This document shows positions 53,701 to 64,000 of a stretch of 64,000 nt of DNA, piece after piece. Under the pieces are notes generated by a model. The model saw only the letters and a program-made list of their open reading frames with translations. It ran no database searches and was not told the origin of the DNA. A program made the translations under genes and the position numbers. Source of the stretch: Eledone cirrhosa. Its lineage: Eukaryota. Each line of letters starts with the position of its first letter. Positions within the stretch are counted from its first letter, which is position 1. The DNA lies in the NCBI GenBank assembly GCA_964016885.1, contig OZ024742.1, positions 41,726,001-41,790,000 of the forward strand, in the 5' to 3' direction.

Positions 53701-56700
53701 CTAGGAGTAGATGAATGGCTTGTGAAAGCGGTACAAGCCATGTATAGGGGAGCAGTCAGCAAAGTTAGGATTAGCAATGAGTATAGCGAGGAATTTAGCG
53801 TACAGGTTGGGGTCCACCAGGGCTCTGTTCTTAGTCCCCTCCTGTTCATCATAGTCCTGCAGGCAATAACGGAGGAGTTTAAGACCGGATGCCCATGGGA
53901 ACTCCTGTATGCTGATGACCTCGCACTCATAGCTGAATCTATGGTAGAACTAGAGAATAAATTCCAAACTTGGAAGCAGGGACTAGAAAGAAAGGGTCTC
54001 AAAGTCAACATGACAAAGACTAAGGTCCTTGTAAGTAGACAAGAAAACAGAACCCAGATCCCCTCAGGGAAATGGCCTTGCTCAGTATGTAGGAAAGGTG
54101 TAGGTAGGAACTCCATTCTCTGCCCCAAATGCAAACAATGGGTACACAAGAGATGTAGCGGGATCTCAGGAAGCTTAATTAAGAATGTAGGCTTCACATG
54201 CAGCAGCTGTGTTGAGACAGCAAGCAGCAAACAGCCACAGGAAACAAGTACCACCAATCTCTGGGAGGGCTCTGTAGAAACAGTAGACAGCTTCTGCTAC
54301 CTAGGTGACCGAATTAGCAGTGGAGGTGGGTGTTCAGAAAGTACAATAACTAGGGTAAGAACGGGATGGAAGAAGTTTAGAGGACTACTACCACTGCTAG
54401 CTGCAAAAGGCTTCTTCCTCAGAATGAAAGGCAGATTGTATGATGCTTGTATCCGAACAGCAATGTTGCATGGTAGTGAGACCTGGGCGCTGAAGGTGGA
54501 AGACTTACGTAGTTTAGAGAGAAACGAAGCCTGCATGCTCCGATGGATGTGTAACAGTAACATACGTGAACGACAAAGCATAAATGAATTGAGAGAGAGA
54601 TTGAGCATAAGAGGAATCAAATGCTGTGTGCAGGAGAGGCGGTTGCGCTGGTATGGACATGTGATGCGTATGAAGGATGACAGCTGCATAAAAAGGTGCA
54701 GAGCACTAGAAGTTGATGGAAACCGCGGAGTGGGGAGACCCAAGATGACCTGGGATGAGGTGATAAAAGCCGACCTTACCCAATTACACCTCTCAAAGGC
54801 AATGACACACGACCGTGACTTCTGGCGTCACGCAGTAATACAGAGTACCCGACCTCCCATGGGTACAAGCTGAAGCATATAGACAATATGCCCCCCACAC
54901 CCCCCACCGAAGGTTGTCGTGGAGGTGCCACGGAAAAAAAGCACCCAGCCCACACTGTAAAGTGGACGTGTAGGCGCCACGAAAAAGCACCCAGCACTCA
55001 CTGTAAATGAGGTTGGTGTTAGGAAGGGCATCCAGCTGTAGAAATCAAGCCAAATCAGTTCCTGTATGAGCAAGGCATGGTCAGCCGACCAGACACTGCC
55101 CACAACAGGACAACCCGTCTAACCCATGCTAGCGTGGAAGAACGGACGTAAAACGGTGATGATGATGATGTACTGGGTAATTGCTGGCCTTGTGCCAAAA
55201 GTAGAAACAATTAAAAATTATACTTTACTCTAATTACAAATTTTCACAACATCCTTTTCTCAAGTAAAGGAAGGATACCATAGATATTATTACAAACATT
55301 TGATTTAATAGACCTGTTTTTAGATATTTTCTGTTAGATCATTACAGGGTGTGAAGATTTAATGTTTGTAGAAATTGTGATACGGAAAAATGCCAAAATT
55401 GAAGAACATGTAATAAGATAAATCTGTTGGTATTGGTGGATAATGTGTCCAATGATTTACAATAATACTAACACTATTAATTTCAATATCTTTGTAGAAC
55501 CTGCTAAAAAGAAGCAAAAACAGAAGCACAAGAAAGGTAAGATTCTTCTGCCCTGTCTAATTTGATATCCTCTTTTATAGAGCCAGTATTTAGTTTGCTT
55601 TAGCTGGAAGAAGGGGCAAGTTACAGGAGGCATTAAAAGATTCAACTTTAGCTTGATTATCATCAGAAATAAACCTATTTTCAGTTTCTGAATATTTCAT
55701 TCAGATTTTTACATCTGAATGAAGAGTGAGGCATGTGCAACATTTGCTGTTGCTTGTAGGTGCATAGTTGCTGAATCCCTGAATAGATGCATAATCAAGC
55801 AATTTGTTGGGCATTTTGTAAAATATTGTAGTCCTATGTTCTTTGGAATATAATGAAAATTTGGGTCTGATTTGACATGTTTTAGTTTGTAGGTTACCAT
55901 TAAATATTTGTCTGGCTATAGTTCTGCTCTCTCATTGGTGACTGAAGCTATTGTTCAATGGCAACAATTTTATAATTTGTAGTCTTATGCTTTAAATGTT
56001 GTTTTTTTTACTATTTTAGAAGTTACAACTACGCCTAACGCTGAGGAAAGTAATTCATCACCAGCTTCAAAAGGTAAACAGTTGTTTCTGTTAAGTAATT
56101 TTAAACATTATTAACATTACTGTATGTATTCCTATTAACCACAAACGTCTATGCATACCAGATATTAGAATTGGTATACTGTATCCCTTTGTGTTGTAAG
56201 AGGCAGTTAAAAGGACTGGCCTCAAGAATCGTCAACTGGCTGTAAAACATCACAAAACATTCCGTTCAAACCCATGCCAGGAAGGAAAAGTAGATGTAAA
56301 AATGATGATGATGATTTCTGATATAACAATTTTCATATTATATTGTTTCCTTTTCATCCCCAACTTGAACAGATTTGTTCCTTTGTTTCGTAAATAACTT
56401 GATTTGGATTTGAGGCGGCGTGTTGAAACTGAAGCCATTGCATTTTGAAGACTCATTGTAGCCACTCAAAACACACACACACACTAGCATAATTAAATTT
56501 ACTTTAATCAAAATATATTGTCCCAACTCCACTGTAAATTGAGTGGCAATGGAACTGTGAGCAGCTTACAGAGTGCAACAAAAATGTTGACACCAAATTA
56601 AATGATAAATATAAAATGAATTTAATAGTTTTTATGTATTTTGTTTCCGTTACCATATTTCTAGCTATAAACTTCTAAATATTCAAGAATTTGGAAGGAT

Positions 56701-59700
56701 TTAGTAATATAACTAACTGTCTTATTATTAATCTGATATTGGGAACATATGTTGAAAAAGATTCTTATATAAAATTATGATGGAAGGCTTTTAGCTAAAT
56801 ATAAACACTTTAAAGTGAACGGTTTCATAGAAAGTAAACATATTTGTATTGATTTTAAATTGTAATAAATTAATAACAAAAATAACAAGTTACTTTAGAA
56901 ATATAAGGTTTTAAACAATTTTAGATTTTATTAAACTTGTTATATTTGTGCCTATTAGTCACAAACATCTTTTATATAACTTTGTTAGTAAGCTTTCTCT
57001 AAATTGTATACAAATAAGCTCTGATATTTGTATCATCTATAAATTGTCATTGATCTATCATCAACAGTGAAAATAGTCTGACTTGGTACATTTTGTTCCA
57101 GTTAGCCATCAACCAAATTTTCTATCATCCAGGTAGTTGGTTCATCTATGGCTAGCTAACGTAGAAACAGACAAGTATTTATTCTCAAGCCACATATCTC
57201 ATTAGGTCATACTGCCTTATACTGCTTCTGTGTTCAGTGTGACTGCTGAGGGTCAGATGAGAAAAACTTCATAACCCATCAGCTAAATACAAGGAAACAT
57301 TGATCATGGAATTATGTTAGGGTGTGATTTTTTTTTCTATCCTCTAAGGTTGTTTAACTCTTTTGTAACTGTATTTCTAATAAAATACTCCATTGCAATT
57401 AATTAATGAAGAATTTACTAAAAATATTTATTAGTTCTTTGCTAAGCTAGTAACATAATATAGGGTTGTTATTTAAAATTGTGTTGGAGGGTTTAAAATT
57501 GAATAGGAATCCTTTAAAAACTCACACAAAAACAATGCAGAGTATTCTCAGATTTATTAGATTTTCACCAAGGGCATCCAGCTGTAGAAATCAAGCCAGC
57601 ATCAGTTCCCGTCCCACCCTTGCAAGCAGGGAAAAGCGGACGTAAAATGGAATGATGATGATCACAAACATCTGGGATATGTACAAGCATTTTAAGGCAT
57701 TTTGTCCTTTGGTCTGCATCCCACCTCACTAACCCTTTGGCTTTCATTTCCTCCTCCATCATCTTTGGTATGTTTTTCTCAATCTTCCTCTTTCTCTTTC
57801 CACATATTTCTATCACCCTTCAACATGTGACAAACATCTTTGATATGTCTTCAATATTTTGTTTTGTGCAATTTTGACAGAAAATGGTAAAAATAGGAAA
57901 CGCAAAATCAGTGAAGGAAATGCAAAGAGTGAAGGTAGGTTACTTATTGAAATATATTACTGGTCTCTGGTTAACAATCAAATGATAACAACTTAGGGTA
58001 GAGTGGACTCTACATTCACATTTTAATAAAGAAATACAGTATTTGTATTGATATTTTGTAAGGTAATATTTGTTCCATTTGTGATGTCTAAAAGTCTGTC
58101 TTAAGCCAGAAGGCTCGTGCTTATCCCAGTTTCATGGTGTGAAGCAACTGAGAGTACAAGACAGGACGCCGGTCTATCAAAGTGTTTATATTTATCCAAA
58201 AACCTTCCATCATAATTCTAAATAAGAACCTTTGTAAAGTTTTGATTGAAACACTAGATAAATAATAATAAAGTTATTTTTACTAAATTCCTCCTAATTA
58301 CTGATTATTTTCAAAATTATTTGAAAATCGTAGGCAGTGTTTTTTATGACAAATATGGTAACAAAAGGGTTAATAACATCAGTTTGTTGGTCTCCAGATG
58401 TGCAATCTTTTGTGGGTCTACTAATATATTAACCCTTTAGCATTCACATTGAATTGTCAAATGTCATGTTCATCTATTCGCATTATTTTCACTTAATTAT
58501 ACTCAAGAGGGTTATCAATTTTATTTGTTTGTAATTACTTTAATTTTCTATGTGCAGACTTGAAATTTTGTCAGTAGATGTTTAAATAACTATAATTTAC
58601 AATTATATATTTTTACCTGATTTTTTTTGTTAAATTTGACTTTTATGGGCAGGTGAAATTAATTAACAGGTGTAAAAGTAATAACTTTATGGATAAACAC
58701 AAAAATTTAAACTTTATCTGTTAGATTTGTTGCAAAAAAATCCAATAATGACCTAGATGCTGATTTCCATCAATTCTAGCAGTTTTCTGAACAGGTGAAT
58801 TAATTAAAAATGCAGGTGTAATCAGTACACGGTTTTAGTCTTTCTCTACATTCCAGGCAAATATTTTCATTGAAAAAAATGTATAAAACCTTTTCACCGG
58901 TCAAAATAATATTGGCAATGTACTCTGTAAATGTACGGTGTAAAATTACGTAATAGAAAGTTCCCAATATATAAGTTTATACACACTTTTAAATTTGTCT
59001 GACAATATTTCAATTAATGGTCGTACTTTGTACAGTGGGTCGTAATTTGATTCATTTCTACCAGGGGCATTTGAAGTATCAACCAGATGCAAATACTGGT
59101 TTAATTTAATGAATCTCGTTTTTGCCATAATACTAGATATATAAGGGTCACCAAACCTTATATCAGTACTCCAATAATTCCACAGTCGTGGAAATTGTTT
59201 AATACCAAACATAATATTTATGGTAAAAAACGCTTTCATTTCGGCAGAATCTGTCGGACAACATAACAGATCGGGTTTTCCGATATTAGAAATTTGTTGT
59301 TGTGCATAGCGATTTGCCACAACTTCGAAGAAAGATTGTGGTAAAATTAAAAAATAATAATCCAGTGCTTTAGCATCGGGTGGTAATGTGTGTTGTGGTC
59401 CAATATTTTAGTAAAATCCGAAACATGTATCGATGTTGTTTCTTTCAACCACGTTGCTATTTTTTCAATGGTGTCAGTCAAATCTTCTCTTTCACTTTCA
59501 AAGTAACTATCATCATTATCAGATATATCAGAAATAAATATATCTGATTCGTTTGAAGATAAATCACTGATATTATCTTCTGTTTCTTTTTGATCTCGAA
59601 TGTCGTCGGACGTAAAACCTTCAAATTCGTTGTCGCTACTTTCGGAAGCCATGTTACACTTTCAACGTTAAAAACACGTGTTATCGCAAGTTCTTTCACT

Positions 59701-62032
59701 ATACTAAGAGTTAATTTTCGCGCGTAAGGGCTTTATCTCGCAGTAATCTCGAATTGACGAGATTTCGATGATGTCAATGTTTATTTTTAGAAGGAAATCT
59801 CCGTGTGGTATTAAATGTCGGTTTTTGTCGGTTTGAATAAATGAAAGGGGACATAATCTTGTCGGTTTTTGTCGCTTTGAATGCTAAAGGGTTAACAAGG
59901 ACAGCAACTAATTAATCAATTGTTTTATACTATAAACAAGGCAGCAACTTGGCAGTCATTAGAGCACTAGACAGAATGATTTGCAGCATTCGTTTAAGAT
60001 TTCTACCCTGAGTTCTAACTCTTCCAAGACAACTATACCTTTCACTCTCTCTTTAAGAAAAAGAATTTGGCTGTGGTCAATCTTGGAGTGGGATGAGCAC
60101 TTCCAGATTTAAAAATACCCAAGACTATCAGGAATTATAGGATCATTGATACTATAAACTTTTTTTTTTTTTTGCTCTTTCAGAAAAAAACGAAACTAAG
60201 CCGACAGATAAGGAAAGTGACAAATCATCAGCATCAAAAGGTAATTAGTTTTGTTTGTGCTTATTTGATACTCAACATTTCTCTTTTAACCCATATCTGG
60301 CCAGAATTCTCTCACCTCTTTCTGTTCAAACCAGCTGTAACCAGTCACTCATGCTGATGTTACGGTTTTGTTCTCAAAATAAATATCAAAATCTCATAAA
60401 CTCGATATTATGTGAGATAAAGCTTTTACCACAAAAATACAATGGTATATATAGAGTAATGTAAATGCTGAATGGTTAAAAATATTTTCGCAATAATTCT
60501 TGCATATTTTTTTTCAGAAAACAATGTTGCTGTTTTAAGTGTGGTGGTGGTGTTATGATTTTCTTTTTCCTTTTAGTTGCTTTTGTATCCTAGTGTAAAT
60601 TGGACTCAACTGTGGAATGGGTTCTTCCAGTTCATATCCAGTATTTGGCATCTTAATGATGGCCTTGACAAAGTAGCTTACTCCATATTCACTACATACT
60701 TTGTGTGTGATAGACTTTTCATTGAACACCATTTCATCAAACGACTCTTTATAATACTATGAGCATGTGGTTAGAATGTCTCAGGAAAGAATCGCTGGAC
60801 AGATTTTACAGGCGAAACCAACAGGTAGGAGACCCAGGGGTAGACACCCGAGAAAGATAGCTGGATAACATCCATCAGCTTGGCAGGCCACGCGTGGGGA
60901 TCCAGCTGGATCAGTTGGAAATGGTTGCTTCTGACAGGATCCACTGGAGGGAGTATTTGAGGACTCTGCCCCCACAACCCTTCCAGAAATAAGTGGGTGA
61001 AGAAGAAGACTCTTTATTGAATAGTGTTCTATTGCATCGCAATTTTTTTTTATTTTTTTTTATTCAAAGCATCAAAGAATCACAGATCACAAGGCTTGAC
61101 AAAAAAATATTCAGCATCATTGTTTTTACATCTGCTTTACCTGCTGCCATGGATTGGGTGTCAATTTCTGAGTCTTTACTACATTCCATAATTTTATGTA
61201 AGAACATTAAGTTATGTTCCATGCACCAGCTTAATAACAAAAAAGGGATATTAAATCCATCAAAATTCATTATTTGAAAACAGGCAGTGTCTTTCATTAG
61301 AAATATCATAAGGAAAGGGTTAAAATACAAGATGTATCAAGAATTATTTGATTTTAAAAGGCTATATTTTTGGAAATCATGCAGTAACTTACTGCATGTC
61401 TGAATATAAAATTTTATTCTTTTTTTATAAAGTTATTTACAAACTCTACATGCTTTTCAGTCTGTATCAAGAAGTTGGCTCGGCAACAAAAAGTGTTCTG
61501 CGTCCACCACTTCAATATGTGCAAGTCAATTACAATTGTGTAATGTGATTTTCTTAAACAGTATGGTATTGCACCCAGTACTGCTCAGAGCATTTGATGT
61601 TGGCACAAACAGTTTCAAGAGACTGGTTGTTTATATAAAGGGAAATCTACAGGTTGCCTCCAGATTTTCCAACGTTGAACACATCTGGCAGACTTTGTAC
61701 ACAGCCCCCAATCCACTCATAGTGCCAGCCGAGAGTTAGTAATTCCCCATATTACTGTGTGGCGTGTTTTGTAAATAATATTCAGACATGTATTGTATGA
61801 GTTACTGCATGATATGTTCATTTATTTTTAAAATATAGCTTTTTGAAATCGAATGATTCTTTTTAATACACCTTGTATTAGAGATATACTGAAATTAGAA
61901 AAGAATTTAAACCTAGAAAATTGTCCATTGTTATTGTTTTAGTAAGAAAACCTAGACATTCTGGAAGAGAAGAGAGAAAGTTGTTGAAGGCTCAGCAGAA
62001 GGCTGAAGGCACTTTTTGTGAAGCAAAAGTTG
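44735..62032 (+). CDS. Multi-exon gene for a Lys-rich low-complexity (possibly nucleolar) protein; 3' end beyond the window
   Basis: Exons 44735-44855, 50676-50714, 51473-51523, 51644-51694, 55498-55536, 56020-56073, 57881-57934, 60184-60240, 61943-62032, all with AG/GT boundaries in phase 1. They splice to one open frame: MAKNKKNTEECAEK...DASKKKKKRKHQK AKTTAKTDESNSSPALK ENGKKEKDNMTTASTGD EPAKKKQKQKHKK EVTTTPNAEESNSSPASK ENGKNRKRKISEGNAKSE EKNETKPTDKESDKSSASK VRKPRHSGREERKLLKAQQKAEGTFCEAKV. Confidence 0.8.
45190..45486 (-). mobile_element. Family-B SINE
   Basis: Reverse complement of 33541-33940 with one hairpin unit. Confidence 0.9.
45510..48535 (+). mobile_element. Penelope-like retroelement (RT plus GIY-YIG endonuclease), frameshifted
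   Basis: PTDKSG, SMDVVSLYS, GAAIG...IANLFM, YVDD, LPVLD in 46079-47557; NIVYSIRC...YMGETARS..EQLNEH...H...H...RQITEA...PKLN in 47551-48189. Confidence 0.93.
48375..48417 (+). ncRNA. Minimal type I hammerhead ribozyme in the Penelope 3' pLTR
   Basis: gtca-CTGAAGA-g-gtcaca-gaatg-tgtgac-GAAA-gaac-tt-tgac. Confidence 0.8.
52327..52685 (-). mobile_element. Family-B SINE
   Basis: Reverse complement of 33541-33940, 5' end clipped. Confidence 0.9.
53095..53301 (+). mobile_element. Intact piggyBac-type MITE
   Basis: ttaa|ccctttagcattta ... taaatgctaagggg|ttaa; further copies at ~60290-60476 and ~63050-63210. Confidence 0.88.
53503..55170 (+). mobile_element. Young 5'-truncated RTE LINE with PHD finger in the RT and SINE-like 3' UTR
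   Basis: Uninterrupted 452-codon frame with YADD, PHD C4HC3 and RRLRWYGHV; (ATG)n tail; inserted inside a family-A SINE (53380-53502 and 55170-55210). Confidence 0.95.
58433..59891 (-). mobile_element. Internally deleted piggyBac transposon (PGBD4-like transposase N-terminal half)
   Basis: TTAA at 58429-58432 and 59892-59895; TIR ccctttagcattca; minus ORFs MASESSDNEFEGF... and EMKAFF...YWSTD...RF...YLHLVD...KVRPLI...ELSI, truncated just before the first catalytic Asp. Confidence 0.92.
61328..61875 (+). mobile_element. Tc1/mariner-type deleted element
   Basis: TA flanks; TIR caagatgtatcaagaa / ttttaatacaccttg; remnant QQKVFCV...SI*CWHKQFQETGCLYKGKSTG (DUF4817-like HTH). Confidence 0.8.
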
Positions 62033-62282
62033 GTAAGGTTATCAATACTCATACATATGGATATGTCTATATATATAGAGAGTTAATACTGCCAAGTTAA
62101 GTCTTTCTAGATAGAAATTTAGAAGAGATGTTTTGCAAATAGAAGAAATAAGGGACAATATTTAATGAAGCTTTTTATATTCAATATATTTTTTCCCTTT
62201 TTAACTAAATTGAAATAGCAAGCTTTAGTTGAATAAGATGTGTTGAAACATTTGTTTAAAAACATGGTTTAAAAAAACTAGT

Positions 62283-62675
62283 CATCACAATCATCATCAT
62301 TTTACGTCCGCTTTTCCCTGCTTGCAAGGGTGGGGCGGGAACTGATTGTGGCTTGATTTCTACAGCTGGATGCCCTTCCTAACACCAACCTCATTTACAG
62401 TGAGTGCTGGGTGCTTTTTTGCCGTGGCACCTCCACGGCCACTTTACAGTGTGGGCTGGGTGCTTTTTTGCCATGGTGCCTCCACGACCACTTTGCAGTG
62501 GAATGATATGGACCCCAGTCCCTATCATCTCATTTCTACAGCTGAGTAAACTGGAGCAATGTGAAAAAATAAAGTGTCTTGCTCAAGGAAACAACACATC
62601 ACCTGGTCTGAGAATTGAACTCACAACCTTTCGATTGCAAGGCCAATGCTCTAACCACTAAGCCATGTGCCTCCA
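62283..62675 (-). mobile_element. Family-B SINE
   Basis: Full-length reverse complement of the 33541-33940 consensus. Confidence 0.9.
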
Positions 62676-63502
62676 TGGCTTAGTGTATTTATATATATAT
62701 ATATAACACACACACACACACACAGGTGGGTTCTCATGCGGTTTCAGGTTCAGTCCAACTGGCACTTTGGGAAGTGCACAGGAGCAATAAGTGCTAAAAG
62801 CACATGAAAATATTCTTTTAAATGCTTGGAGGTCACTATAGAACTATAGTCAATAGCTTCTTTTACCTATGTAATCTAATTAATTGTGAGGTGGGGGTTG
62901 CTCTGAAGGCATAGTAACAAGGTGGGAAAAGTTTAGGAAGCTACTACAAAGAAATTTCTTTTTTGAGTGAAGGGTAGATTTTTTTTATTCACGAAGTTCA
63001 ATTTTGCATGGTAGCAAAACTGGAATGAGTGGTCTTATACTTTATTTATCCATTTAGCATTTACATTACTCTATATATACTATTATGTTTTCATAGTAAA
63101 AGCTTTACCTCACATATCAAATTTATGAGATTTTGATATTATTTATTTTGAGAACAATACCTTAACACCAGTATGAGTGACTGGATACGGCCAGTTTAAA
63201 TGCTAAAGGGTTAATCAACCAAGCCTTTGTAAGTAGATTTGGAAGCAGCAGTACGAATTCAAATGTCATTAATATATGATAATTAAGAACATTCAGCTGT
63301 AGAAAATCTGCCTCCAAAAGTCTCGTTCAACATTTGCAAATATAGAAAAAGCAGTCATAAAAATGATGACAGCATACACATATTCCATGGTGCAGGAGTA
63401 TAAATAGCAAAAGAAACATTTGAAAATTTAACTAGAATTTAAACTAAGTAAACATATCAAATTTGATCATGTTCCAACCAGTGTCCTGGCTTTCTTGTCA
63501 AA

Positions 63503-63681
63503 TAATTGCTTCTACTTTAGGCACAAGGCCAGCAATTACCCAGTGCATTACTGGTACTTTATTTTATCGACCCCGCAAGGATGAAAGGCAAAGTCAACCT
63601 CGGCGGGATTTGAACTCCGATTGTAAAGGGACGTAACTATGCTGGAAAGCATGACGTCCAACCCTCTGCCAATCCAACCGC
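63503..63681 (-). mobile_element. Family-A SINE
   Basis: Consensus match; TSD gctttcttgtcaaataat on both sides. Confidence 0.9.
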
Positions 63682-64000
63682 TTTCTTGTCAAATAATGAA
63701 TACATATAACAAACATAGAACTATCTTTGTGTAAGTGTACTTGGTGAGTGCTACTTCTAAAGGTTCATGTTGCTTATTCTGTTTTTTTTTTACATTTTGA
63801 TCTTGGAGAGTTGAACTGGCAGAATAAACTAAATATTTGACTTCCATTTTATGGCTTGTAACTTGATAACAACTCCTATGTTGAAGAGTGAACACAAAAT
63901 ATTTATTTCTAACACAGAATTTTATCATTTCTTTTTTATCCAATTAGGCACAGGCATAGTATGGTATCTAAATTGTTATCCCCTTTGTGACCATATTTCT

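Noticed and set aside
53515-54873. Domesticated stand-alone RT gene
   Set aside because: No true ATG (starts GTG), lacks endonuclease and N-terminal RT motifs, has a LINE tail and interrupts a SINE: a young truncated insertion.

Overview
AT-rich eukaryotic genomic DNA, most likely a coleoid cephalopod such as Octopus (inferred from KRAB-less tandem C2H2 genes with '[11 protein letters not shown]' fingers, RTE LINEs with (ATG)n tails and dense tRNA-derived SINEs). The left ~37 kb holds five paralogous C2H2 zinc-finger units in a mirror arrangement: A, B(pseudo) and C on the minus strand, D and E(pseudo) on the plus strand. Each has a conserved CpG-bearing upstream motif (TTTTACGAAARYRCGGCTGA) and a shared non-coding exon acceptor. 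A head-to-tail array of 10 SINEs sits at the axis between the divergent genes C and D. The right part holds a spliced gene invisible to the ORF track, built from symmetric phase-1 microexons (39-90 nt) that grew by cassette duplication and encode a Lys-rich low-complexity protein. Mobile DNA includes RTE LINEs with a PHD finger inside the RT, one subfamily of which carries a SINE-like 3' UTR. Also present are a Penelope-like element with a hammerhead ribozyme, two orphan hammerheads, CRE-like fragments, Helitrons, a deleted piggyBac with its MITE family, mariner/Tc1 relics, hAT and Merlin-like MITEs, and several multi-layer nests. All coordinates were read by eye and element ends may be off by a few bases.
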